This document shows, piece by piece, positions 1 to 11,928 of a stretch of DNA of 64,000 nt. The notes beneath the pieces are model-generated. The model was not told where the DNA came from. It made no database searches and saw only the letters and a list, made by a program, of their open reading frames with translations. Both the position numbers and the translations under genes were made by a program. Positions within the stretch are counted from its first letter, which is position 1. Each line of letters opens with the position of its first letter. Origin of the DNA: Penicillus capitatus (Eukaryota; Plantae; Chlorophyta); contig OZ287698.1 in assembly GCA_965649825.1 (NCBI GenBank), forward strand, positions 201,949 to 265,948, written 5' to 3'.

Positions 1-231
1 AGGCCAAGATCTAGATCAGATACAGCTACATTAACCCCACCATGGGATGAAGAACCATGTGTAGTGGTAGATGCCATTGGCAATCACATGTGGCTGGTAG
101 AGGGACTCCTATTTGGAACCGTTTCAAGAGTGCATGACGATCAACTAAGACACATCCCGCGTCAGACCACAGCGCAGCTGGAAGCGTGTCGAGATGGGAT
201 GATGAAGGCAAGTAATGAAGATCATTTCTGA
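1..231 (+). mobile_element. 3' end of a Ty3/Gypsy-type LTR retrotransposon pol (integrase C-terminal region), truncated by the window edge
   Basis: Frame 1 is open from base 1 to TGA at 229-231 and reads ...LTPPWDEEPCVVVDAIGNHMWLVEGLLFGTVSRVHDDQLRHI.... This resembles the W.GP..V....N....VE.L..G....VH...L integrase C-terminal pattern. Not in the ORF track because it has no start codon. Confidence 0.55.
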
Positions 232-598
232 ACATCGTCCCGTGCTCAGCACGGTGGTAACATCACATCATGCGTATAAGTAAAAAGAGATTCGATTAGA
301 TTTGTAACTTCTGCGCACGAACTTTCTTTTAAGAACTTTACTGCGTCTTCTGAAGCAACGTTTAACATAAGACATCATCGATCGAGACGATCGTTGATTC
401 GCACGACAGATGCACTTTCTGGAACCGATGGATTTGAGGATGTCGTCTCAGTGAAAACCGAATCGATTGACTCTGTACCATACGAAGCCACGTCAAATGC
501 AGTAAAGTCTTTACGTTCTTAACGGAATATTGGTTCACTGACAAGGACAGTGATGGACCTGTCGGCAAGATTGCGATGTGCTGATGCGACTGTCTTGT

Positions 599-1176
599 GG
601 AAGAGGGGGGCACTGTGTTCTGGGACACTCGGGGTCTTGTCATTTGGGGTTTTGGGCCGAGAAGGGGCCTTTTTTATGGTTCCGGGGCAGTGCTGAGACA
701 CTTGCCTAGGCAGGTCGCATCACAACGAGGGTATTTAAGGGACAGTCCGCACCTGTTACCACCTTGCTCCAAACAGTTTGTAAAGTCTTCCGCTGTGGTA
801 ATCTTTCGTCCGGCCCGATCGCCGACAGGACCATCAACGGAAAAGTATTGTCTCGACAAATGCTTCAATTGCCGCGAAAGTATTGCCACAAGTTTGTCCG
901 GGACACTTTTTCCTGGTCACTAAACGATACAATCTTTTTTGTGAAGAGAGCCTCGGGTTCGTCGAGGCAGAGGATGTGTACTTCGGACGGGGAAAATGTC
1001 CGCGGCAATACGAACAGTCTTAAAGGTGGAGCCCTCGGCTTCGATGTCTAGTTACTATTGCCACGCAGCTTCCTGTACGACTCGATTTTTGTTGAAAACA
1101 CGACGGATACGCTCTTCGTCCACTACCAATCATGCTTAGTAGCGTTAGTGAATCCTTTAACGCGTCTTCTGACACA
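599..1176 (+). mobile_element. Putative polypurine tract plus 3' LTR of the Gypsy element
   Basis: GGAAGAGGGGGG (599-610), then CAC, then TGTGTT at 614; the candidate end GACACA at 1171-1176 gives TGTGT...ACACA termini. TATA-like TATTTAA lies near 732. There is no second LTR in the window, so the boundary is unconfirmed. Confidence 0.35.
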
Positions 1177-2474
1177 GGGTGTGACTGGGGTTTGCCGAGA
1201 TCTGGCAGAAAAAACGGTCATCACTGAGTAATGTTACTTACTTTTTGCAGCATATCAATGTCCGACTTCGATGCCATGCATTGCGGAAGATACCTGATGA
1301 TCGGAACTAACCGGGATTGCTGCAAAGGAAAGACTGTTTGTTGCGTTATAGTCCATGAATGATCTGTGACTGTGTCAAGAATACTTCAGTTTCCGCCTTA
1401 GGCTATCTGGCGAGAGGTCGCTGAATCGCGCAAACCGTTCGCGTGGCGCCACGCCAGCAGACAATCTAGTGACTGAGCCTTTGACGTGAAGAAGATTAGA
1501 GGCTTACGTAATGGCGTGACGTTCCATGGTCCGAGATGTTTAACGTGAGAACTGTTCTGTTGTTTCGTCTAGCTATGTAGCTACGCATTACCGACGGGGT
1601 CTCCCAGCGCGACTCGCCATCCAGTCCGGACTCGCCGTCAGGTCGACGCTCACAGATGGCATGACGACGAGAACGAGGTGTTTAAAACAGGGCAGAGTGC
1701 AACAAAGGACATTTTTGCATTGTTTGTCTTCGATCCGCGCTTTTTTTCGAAAAGTCGCTTACAACGAACAGAAAGAGTCCAACCACAAAAGATCGATAAA
1801 TCAGACCTGGTTTTACACAAATGGGACCAGTGAAGGCGGAACTTGTGTTGTGATAGTGTGTGCAGACTCTAAAGCGAAATCTCGAAACGATTCGATCCAA
1901 ACCGTTCGTCAGACTGGGACGGCCAAGCAAGACTCTACCATCTGTTGTCGGACAGATCGGCGCTTCAGAGGTTTTCGGTCACGATAAAATATGATCGTCG
2001 TAACACCAGGGCCAGGATTACTTATCTCCCTTCAATCTGTCACAAGAATCCCTTTGCCGTCTAACGTGTTTCTGACTAGACGCAGAAATCGATGGCAGAG
2101 GTTCTGGAAGCGCGGCTGCCCAGATCCACAGAATTTGGGGATAAACATTGCGTCATGCAGAGGATCTGCCATTGACTATCAACGAACCGCCACTGCACTT
2201 CAATCCGACGTCTCGTTTCCAGTCGACTCGATGTCCTTGCAACTCGATAGAGACTTTTTCAAAAATGATAAGAATCTGTCAAAGTGAGACATCCTTCTGA
2301 GAGATTTGGAAAATTGGCACACCTGCCAAGAAACATGTCCATCCACCTCTGCTTTCATTAACCACACTGAAAGAGATTTTCATTTTGAGTGCCCATTGAG
2401 AAAACCTGTGCTTTGATGAGCGATTGAAATCAATACAGATAGATCCGACAGCCCGCGTCCTTTACGCCTCGACG

Positions 2475-5214
2475 ATGGCAGGTACGTGGCCCTGTCTGTT
2501 GCTGTTTCTCTTTTTCCTTCGTTGTCGAATAAATCGCGTCCGCGCGGTAGATAGAGCTCCGATCTGCGCAAGAGAGAGATTGGAGACGATTTTGAAGCAA
2601 CTTCCCGATAAACGTGCTGCTTTTGGACCATGGGAACTACGCACCGCCCCCTTCCTGAATCTGCAAGACATACTAGAATGGGAACCGGAGTTGAGGCCTC
2701 AAGACAAGCACTGTCGTTCCTCCATCCCTTTACAAGAATCGTACCGAACACATAACCCCCTTTTTGCGACAGAGTCTTCATCGACCGACCCGTCAACCGC
2801 CAATCTGTCAGATTTCACATCTGTTATTTTTCCTAAGGGTCTGTCTCTAGCGTCGCTGAAGAGAAGAGGGAACGTTTTCTTGTGAGTCATGATTATGGAG
2901 GTGGGTATTGGGAGGATCACTATTATCAAGGCTTTCGCGGAAAGGACACGTATTATCATATCTATGACTTTGATCTCATCGACATCTTCAACTTCTTTAC
3001 ACACGATCGCTTTCCGTCCCGCCGCCTGGATGGACACAACTAGCACACAAACACGGAACACACGTCCCTCCTTTACTGGACATCGCCCAGATGACGATAA
3101 CCGTCGCCGTTTAGGTTCTTGGAACGTTTTTGGTCGAAGGAAAGGAAGAGGAAGAAGGATTTGAAGACTGTCTTTCGATGCTGATGAATGACGTTATCCG
3201 CCAGCGTCTCATCGAACAGTTAGTGAAGATCTGCACATTTTTTGGATTCGAAGGGTATCTCCTGAACTTCGAGATCGATCTGGTCCGTGACGTTGATGAT
3301 CTCCTTCCATTTATGTCGACGGAACCTGTTCTGTCCCGCAGTCGAATCGAACAGACGTATCACATCTCATGTCAAATCTTCTCACTTTTGTTGACGATGT
3401 GACAGCCCAAGTGCACGCAACGGTTCCCGATGGACGCGTCCTTTGGTCAGAGATATCACACTTTTGTTTCTCTGTACTTAAGGATAATACTCTTAGGTAC
3501 GATGCGATTGCCTTTAAGTATGAGGACAGGGCAAAAGAAGGAGAGCTTAAATGGCAGGACTACTTGAATGAAGCCAATGTTCCTTTCTTCAAACACTCAG
3601 ACGGAATGCTGACCAATTACTACTGGCACCCAGACACGCTGCAGACCGATGTCCAAAACGCGTCCTCTAGACACATCGATGTCTTCAAAGGTGTGACTCG
3701 AGTGGACCTTCTGCCGTTTGGCGCATCTGCCAAGATCAGGTATCGATGTCTTTGCACGTGGCATCCCTTGTTATGCCGCTGGCCTTGGCTGTCTGTCTGC
3801 CATCGAGCAGATACAGAAATTCCACCTCTCGTGTGGCCTCTTTGCCCCTGTCTACTTCCATGAAACCTGCCCACCGGAGCGATCTCCAGTTCTCGACTCA
3901 GCAGAGTTCTGGAACGGAGTGCGATCCCGACAGAGCGCCGCTATCTGCACAACTGACAGTGACTGATTAGGTCAAGAAGGTGTGGAAATGGATACGCTTG
4001 CCAGCACAGCTGCCATTCCTGACGCATTTCTCCCTTGGCCACGGCCGTCGCTTCTTCATGGAGGGATCTGTTGTCCACACAGATGCATGGTTTGATCTAT
4101 CGTGGCAGGATGTCATGCCTTTGCACCAATACCGTACCTGCCTGCATGCAGCACGTCTTCTCACAGTGTTCTGGTAGGCCGCGCTGAAGATGGGTTCAAT
4201 GGCGGCGAGAGTCTTCTCTTAAGGGATTCCACATGCAGTGCGAATTCTCCTACTCATTTCCCACTTTACAAAACGCATTTCCGGTTAAGCAACTATCCAC
4301 AAGTCCCGTCATCCATCGACGACCAGTGTCAGCCTAAGGTCGTCGAATGTCTGTAGGTCATGGTCTCACTCGTCTACAGCTCAGAAGCTAGTGTCGGCCT
4401 ATGCCTTAAGCTCAAACATGAGCACTATACATATAAAGACTTTATGCTAAACATAACATCCAACGAAATCTTATTGCTTCCTGAAAAAGTAAGGCATACG
4501 GACAGGGACAAAGATCTCTCTGAAATCTTAGTATAGACCGATTCAGAGTCTAGCAGCATTGAGTGTGTGGAAAGCGTCATCGAAGAGAACGCTACAGAAT
4601 TCAGCAGTACAGCAGATGTCGAATTCTACCCCACAGAAAAAAGAACCTGGAAGAGGCTTAGGGCTAGCCTATGCACAACGGATGACATGAGGGATTACTA
4701 CATTGATCGCATCAGCATCATTGGATATCCAGCATCTGGTACAGAATTTGAAGCCAGGATTGGACAGCTTTGGATCTGCCCTTTACCAATCGCCCCATTT
4801 CACCATCCAACCGATTTCGCTGCGACAGATGTTCGGATATATCCGGAGCACTGCTCAGGTCATACGTCGTGGCAACATCTCTCTGTCGTCTAGGTCTGCG
4901 AGTCACGGGTCTTGTCTGTCATAGATGGTGGTGGTGGTGGTAGTCACGCATGGCGAGTGTTTGATTGTCAGCTGATTTGGACAACCACGTCCTCGCGAAC
5001 GGCTGTTTTTGTTCAAACCACATCCAGCGATACATCCATTCGTCCAAATATCTTCCTGGGTTGGACAACATCTCAGCATGGGTATTGGATTAAGAATCTG
5101 AAACTAAAAAGCGACGTGAACGGTCTCACGTTCCGTCTGAGTGTACTGGATGCTCAGGGAAAATGGACCGCTCTTTCAGATGCACCTGCCTGTCATGTTC
5201 CTACTGCGATATAA
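2475..5214 (+). CDS. ENGase: Endo-beta-N-acetylglucosaminidase (GH85, ENGase), about 11 exons, with one apparent -1 frameshift at 3011-3013
   Basis: Spliced motifs RFLVSHDYGGGY, DLIDIFNFFTH, VPPPGWTQLAHKHGTH|VLGTFLVE, FGFEGYLLNFE, RVLW|YDAI, SDGMLTNYYW and FKG|IDVFARG match GH85. Hydrophobic N-terminus from ATG 2475; stop TAA at 5212-5214. Confidence 0.88.
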
Positions 5215-5618
5215 AACAGCCCTTTATTCTCTAGCGAGAATGGAAACAATGTGCGGAAGTATCCGAGATCGAGTCCCACCATTTTTGATTTGCATCAACA
5301 GCAAAACTACTTGCGTGCACAAGCGAAAAGAAGACGCCCGAAAACAGATGCCCACCGTCAATACCAGAAACTGGTAACTTTTGAATAAAACAGCGAGATA
5401 TAGGTAGAGTGGTAGTAGTCTACACAAAAATGAATAACGTGGAAGTGTTACCAGCCAGAATGAAACGTCAAATGGCAGGTTGGTTGAAACGACGATAACA
5501 ACGTGACAACGATGATGATTAATCCACCCACGAAACGCCCGTGGTTCCGTTCTTGGTTAAGAGCATCCAAGGAGATGTCGCGAAACCAATCGTGGTTCGA
5601 TCCACATTTCCAAAACTG

Positions 5619-6782
5619 TCATCTGGGACACACACAACCAAGCAACCGTATGGTATCCAATCGACGGATCGTATGGAGATGCCAACTTGAAATGGTGATT
5701 TTGCGGTTGGCCGTTGTATATGACACATGCTTGGTTTCATAAACAGTGGATTCCGGCGACAGGCGATTGATCGATGCACGTACTGCTTCTCCGTGACTCA
5801 CTATGAGAATATTGCTTCCAAAAAACTGATCGCATATGGTCTAGAACACGAGCAAATGATCATCTAGTATGTAAGCGCCGCCACCGTAGGTTCACGCACT
5901 TCCATTTCTTGAACATAGCGATCGCATGCTTGCTCGACGTTTTCTACTCGTCTTGGCAATGGCTTGTCTAGAACGGTTGCGCTTCCTTGAAGGCCACACA
6001 AACAGGGTTCTATCGGATGCACACAAACCCCATCTCGCACAAAGGATTCCATACATACGGAAGACTGGAGGTCACCGTTTTGTATAAAAGACTTGATGGC
6101 GTCCTGTAAATTGGCGCCGTTCCACATCCACGTCTCCAAACCACTGTTTGCTCTCCGATGATCGAATCCTGCCAGCGTTCGAGGCCCGTAAATCTGACAC
6201 ATGGATATCGATGTCACATCATAAAGAGTGAGAATGGGTAATGATGGACTTCTGAGAATTGCCCGTCGATGATGAGATGGTCTAGATCTAACCCAAGTCC
6301 AACGAGGATTTCTGCACTCGTCTGTAAGCACCTCAGAAAAGGCGATGTCACAACATAGTCTATGTTATATGCTCCGAGCACCGAAACCACAGAAGCAGCC
6401 TGTCGCCATCCGCCACGTCGCACTCATATATATGACGGCGAAGACGGTCACTTGATTTCGACCGCGCGGAGCAAGTGGAGGATCCCATGGACGACTCGAC
6501 CTTCGCGTAAAATTCGAGTCGACTTCGTCTTGCCTTAATCCGTGACGCATGACCAGGAGGTACTGCTGTCGGACTTTGTCTGAAGACACCGAAGAACGAG
6601 GATTCGACACCCGGATGCATCGAAAGGTTTCGAGACGAACTTGCTTCAGAAGAGGCGTCCGTTTTTGGACTGAGGAGTTCCTCGTCTTCGGCAGAAGAAA
6701 CGGGAGCCCCTCTCGGTCTGAAGCCAAAGAGTTGGGCAGCGCATTGCCGCAAACAACTGAATGCCGAGGCGAAACAAGACAT
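5619..6782 (-). CDS. Histidine phosphatase (phosphoglycerate mutase-like) family protein, multi-exon
   Basis: LLVMRHGLRQD (RHG motif), WDPPLAPRG, VVTSPFLRCLQTS and LIVSHGEAV are hallmarks of the histidine phosphatase superfamily. The exact ends are inferred. Confidence 0.85.
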
Positions 6783-6895
6783 TTGGAACAGTGAGTGGTT
6801 GCAAGACGTGTGTCACAAACGAAGTTTGCCGACGATCAATGTCATACACGCGACAGCACCGACCACCACTTCCGCGAAGTCGACGGGAACGCACT

Positions 6896-7811
6896 CTAGA
6901 TGATTTTAATGATTTCAATGTCGAAAAGCAAGGTCTTATCGATGAAGCCCTGATTCTCGATCACAAAACTGAGCGCTCGGCGGCCCTAAGGTTGACATCT
7001 CACTCATTATGGCTCCCATTCTCACTCTTTCTTACGGAGAAAGTGGTGGGTTTTGGACCGACTGTCTTGAAGCTGTTGTTTGGGTAGCCGAGACTCACCG
7101 GTACAACGATGCGACGGATGCTTCCTGTCCGGCGGATATTATGATCATAAAAGAGTGACAAGTGTGAGACCTCGTTGCATGCCATAGAGTGCTTCTTCGA
7201 AGCCAGGGATGACTTCGTGGGCTCCCACTTTGACGGCAAGGAATTCTTTTTCGTCTCCCATAAATGCGCCTCCTTTCGCCTACGACATCGTCTAATGAAC
7301 ACGAAGAAGAGTGAGAAATAGAGTGACGGTTGTCCGTAACCTTGTTGCGGGCTTCAAATGGGCGGCCATAGTATCCAATGGTGTAACCATCCCAGTCGAT
7401 CAGCACCACATCACCTATCCATCCATCCACACTCCTGTAGACGACGGCGATGCGATCTCTTGCCTTCTCGGACGACAGGACCGGTCCCGGATTCCAAGTC
7501 TTTGTACTGGAGACCCGAGTCTGTTGTCTTAAAATCTGGATAGCTGCCGCCAAATCGTCTTGGACTGCGGAGAGGCAGGGCGGAAGGCATAACCTCATCT
7601 GTGGCTTGCCATAGTCTTTCCCTTTCAGAGCTTCCATTTCCGTCAACTCTGAAGCGCCGGATCTGTCCATGAGGCTAAATAAAGATCCCAAAACAAAACC
7701 ACCGCCGGTCAGGAAGGCTCTCCTAAGAACAAAGCGAACGTTTGCCGTCGCATTCGTGGACATGCACCGTAAACATCGACCTGGTACGCATAGATTTAGA
7801 GAAATCGCCAT
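6896..7811 (-). CDS. FKBP19: FKBP-type peptidyl-prolyl isomerase, chloroplast thylakoid-lumen FKBP19 type
   Basis: DWDGYTIGYYGRPFEARNK|AKGGAF, GFEEALYGMQRG|SIRRIVVP..LGYP and NQGFIDKTLLFDIEIIKII* match plant FKBP19. The start codon is uncertain (7811 or further upstream). Confidence 0.9.
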
Positions 7812-8106
7812 CACATAGCACCACCCCCTTTCGCAGCGGTTCGGCACCAGTCCATAGCTTCCGTCTGTAACCAGCGCTTCCCTCAGTCTCATCGAGGAGA
7901 GATATCTGCGTTCTCGACCTCGCTGACGTCGGCAGTAGTGCATGGAAAGATGCAGCGCAACACAACGGCATGGTTGGAGTCATCATCGGGAAGGTGCCAA
8001 AAGCGACGCCGCCGCATTTAGATTGATGCGACCACGCCCTTTTGGGCAATCTTCGATACGCTTTCTCTCGCGCCAGACGTTTGCCATCGAAAGCGCGGTC
8101 AGAAAT

Positions 8107-9434
8107 TTAAGAACTGAAGAAAAGTCGTAAGGTATTCTGATAGATTTGTTCGGCAAGAACGGCGGGATCGATTACCTTGACGGCCGCCACGACATCCAGC
8201 ACTTGCCTGTCACATCAATGTCCTTATGAAAAGGCAATGGGTCCTGTCGAATGCACCTGACATGACACGGTTCGTTTCTGCCCTTGATCGGCAATACGCC
8301 GTCATGCTTCTTCTTATCGACCGCTTTCAAAAGATGCTCTGGGCGAACGTACGGCTTGCTGGCATGAGAGTTGCGAATCTCACAGTATGGACAGTCTGTC
8401 TCGATCATCATTCGATCCAACGGAATGGCAGACATGGCTTGAAGATTCTCTGCCGTCTTTAACGAGCAACCGTTCACACCTAGAGCATCGAATGCCAGAA
8501 ACGGCATTTCTAAGCAGGGCGGATTCTGTGCACCGATGTAGATGTTATCGAGGGCGCAAAGATTGGCAACATCTTCTGCCGTGCCTGTAAACGAGTGCAC
8601 CACGCCGCCGTAGAATCGAGACTGGTTCTAGACGCCATCCCAAAGTACGACGGTATATCTTCCACCGTCCGATGCGCTGCGGAGACGGACCTTTTGCAGA
8701 ATCTCTAAGAAATCGGATGCCGCTTCGCGCATGTGCAGAAACCTACAGTCCCTCATTGAAGAGCGAGATCGGCTGCCGGGTACGCCAACATGGGCAGATG
8801 CGTTTGCTCCGTCAGCCAAAACTGTGCGGCGAAATGCACGAGCTGTGTTTCTTTGCTGCAGAACTGCAGACGATCGTAATCTACAGAGAAGCGATCGCAG
8901 ACAAATCCCCACTCAACGGACGTGTGCGTGATACCGAGGCCACACTCTCCGATGGCAACCACTTTTCCGATCTCTTTCCCGCGCTGTGCAATTTCAAGCA
9001 ACGCTGTCAAATGCGACTCGCCGTTCTCGTCCAGTTCATCGCATCGGGTTGGATGCACACCGACGGTGCTGTACAAGGCGCCTAGGGCCACACCCAGCAT
9101 CGCTTTCTGAGATTGAGCGACAGGTCGCCTCACTGTTCGATTCTGCCAATGCCAGTGCCTGTTTCGAACTTTCCAGATCCCCTCCCGTCACGATGATCCG
9201 CTCGACATCTGTCGCGAACGTCGTGATGGGGAGGAGCGAACGTGAGGATTGGAGGGACCTGATTGCCTGGCCCTCTGCAGTACGGCATCGAGATCCGGTG
9301 GATGTACGGGCTTCCCGTAATAGATGCCTTGGTACATTTCATCCGTCAAGTTCGCTGCAATATCTGCCACAGTTGTTCTCTCGGCTCGACCGACAGGCGA
9401 AGCAACGAATGGCGCGTTCACCAATCAATCGCAT
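8107..9434 (-). CDS. TATDN1: TatD-family DNase (TATDN1-like)
   Basis: MRLI|[58 protein letters not shown] and C-terminal [14 protein letters not shown]. Confidence 0.93.
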
Positions 9435-9737
9435 TTTGTGAGACAGACAGCGCGTTGCCTTGTATAGGAATCTCGTGGCAGGATGTCGAAAAAACGGTAC
9501 GGCATGAAAGACGCTCATCGTCGCACAAACCAACGGCCCATACCGCCTCCAAAACGATCGTATTGGTCCTTTCTATCTAATGCAGTTCGGAAAAGCGACG
9601 CATGCGATCCAGGCCGAGCGCGCTGTCAGCGTTAGGATCCAGAGAGGAGATTGCTCAGCGGTGGACGCGGAGGGTGTCGTACAGAATCGCCCGAACACGT
9701 CCCGTCTCTGATCGCGATTCTGACGGCGTTGTGCGGA

Positions 9738-11043
9738 ATGGCCGTTCTCTTAGACTTCAGTCGCCCGTCCCTGCCAGCTCAGCTCAGACAACGCGATGCC
9801 CGAAGATATTCCCGTCGACGTCTCATTGTGTTCCTAGCGCAACAACGGACTGTTCGTGTCATCCATGCTCAGAACGAACCGACTTCCCAAATGGCGAAAT
9901 CTGCCAGTACCTGGCCAGAATCGATATCCAATCATTTTCATCCCTCCTCGAACTGCACGTCATCGCTTCGGGATCGCGCAGAGCGAAGAGGAGGCGGGAA
10001 TGGAGGTCCACCTACGGAAGGCAAAGGTCCCGGAGGAAATGGAGACGGCGATGCTGAGGGATCCGATGACGAGATACCTGAACTGCTCACTTTAGCCCAG
10101 GCAGAATCTCTGGCGGCTGAGAAAGGCGCACAACTGCCTGCCGATTTCATCAAAGCTGCCAAAGGATCTGGACTCAGAGCCGCCACCCTGCACAAATTCC
10201 TCCACCTTCAAGTAATCGCTCTCGATTTCTCACACTTTTGAAGAAAAGAGTGATCTAGTCTTTGGCGTGGATCGGATTTCTCGTCCGGATGTTTCCTTGG
10301 ATCCGAGATCGTTTCATCGCCGATCCCTCTTACCTCTTCAAGATCTTCACCGAAGTAACCGTCGATTCCGGTCTGTCCCTGACCCGTCCGTCTCCACTGT
10401 GAAAGAGGAGATGATGTGACTGGTAGGGTGTGCCACACTGGCCGAGATCCGCAAACGCGGCGCCGATTTCTTCAACGAATTCGAATTCTATCTATCGGAT
10501 CTGATCGTCGGTTTGGTTCTGGACGTGGCATTGGTGAGTCTGCTAGCCCCTGTGGCGGTGATCGGCAAGAGACCTGCGTCCGCCGCCAAGACTGGTCTGT
10601 ACAAATACCTGGCGCGTTTACCCAGTGCCATGTTCGAAGCCAACATCCCAGGCGTCCGTGAATACTCTCTATCCCAACGCATTGTCGGCTTCTTCTACAA
10701 AGGCATTCAGTACAGCGTTCTGGGTTTCTTCTGTGGACTGGCCGGTCAGGGATTGGCAAATGTGTTCATGGACCTGCGGCGTTACCTGGCTGGCGGCGCC
10801 ACGGAATCCGACGTCGCTGTTCCCCCTCTCTTCGAATCGGCACTCGTCTGGGCTCTGTTTATGGGCGTCTCGTCCAATACACGATATCAAATTGTGGTGG
10901 GGCTAGAGCGCGTTGTTGACTTGACGATTGCGAAGAGAGTGCCACAAATCGCCTATTTCACGACCATTCTCATCCGATTTGTGAACAATATCATCGGCGG
11001 CGAGAATTTTATTGATATGGCCAGATGGGCAGGAGTTCAATAA
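9738..11043 (+). CDS. RETICULATA-RELATED (DUF3411) chloroplast envelope protein
   Basis: A transit-peptide-like N-terminus and a Gly-rich stretch (GGGNGG...GGNGDGD) are followed by SDLIVGLVLDVALVSLLAP, PSAMFEAN, ALVWALFMGVSSNTRYQIV and NNIIGGENFIDMARWAGVQ*. Confidence 0.9.
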
Positions 11044-11120
11044 CGCAATGGTCACTCACTCTGTAAGGGGACGGTGCGAAAAAGCGAGATTCTTAGACGC
11101 AGGGTTTTGTGTCGCGAATC

Positions 11121-11928
11121 CTACAGGAACACAGCAACATCCAAGAAATCACCCGTCTGGAAATTCAAATCCTCTAATGTCTTATGATCATCTTCGCCAA
11201 CACGGGTCGAATGAACAAAGCCAACCTAGACAACAACAAACATCACACTTTTGATCGATCTCACTCTTTTAGGATCGGTCGCCGTACCTCCTTCATGACA
11301 TTGCGACCGTGACGATCGGGATAGATAAAAGAGAAAGACAAACGCGCGTTGGATTCTCTTGCATGACGGTCCACATCTGAAAAAGAGTGAGATCTCGATG
11401 ACAGCATAAGTGTGACCTTTGATCAGTTCCGTCAGCTCCCGGAGTGTTGCATCTTTCCAGGTGTGAATCTGCAACTCGTTCTTGGGCTCTCTTCCGCGTG
11501 GCTCAAAGTCCCGCAGCACGTGATGTCCACCAAACTATATTCATCACGCATATCGATTCTCACACTTTTCACACTTTTTACTTTCTCACCTTGATGAAGA
11601 CACGAAGAAGCAAAGGGCAGACCTGTATGATCGGCAGCTTCCTTTCGGTGTCTATCGTGTTCGATGGTTCACTTTTTCGCGGTCGATGCGTTTGGGCGCC
11701 TCTGTGATTTGACTGCGGATGTTCGGCTGTGGATAGCTTCCGGGATTGAGCCCTTCGGCATTGAAGCTCCCAAAGGCGCCAGAACCGGAACCCCCACTAC
11801 GCTGTCGTCGAAAAGCTAAAACGCCAATGGACACCGTCGCGTTTCTGATGCGGCGGATGTTGTTTACGTGGTCTATTCTGGACGTCAGCTGCCGCTTCTT
11901 CTGCTGCGCGGCGCAACGATGATGCCAT
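11121..11928 (-). CDS. SAP18: Histone deacetylase complex subunit SAP18
   Basis: Spliced PKRIDREK|VCPLLLRVFIK, ELQIHTWKDATLRELTELIK|D, FSFIYPDRHG and LNFQTGDFLDVAVFL*. The start ATG at 11928 is inferred. Confidence 0.93.

Noticed and set aside
1661-2400. Short ORFs and a possible minus-strand intron (acceptor near 2280)
   Set aside because: No spliced model gave a recognisable or long product; left unannotated.
11041-11043. TAA/TAG-to-Gln recoding as in some ulvophytes
   Set aside because: RER, TatD and DSK2 end in TAA, and SAP18 and FKBP19 end in TAG, exactly at their conserved C-termini. In-frame TAA/TAG inside genes fall within GT-AG introns.
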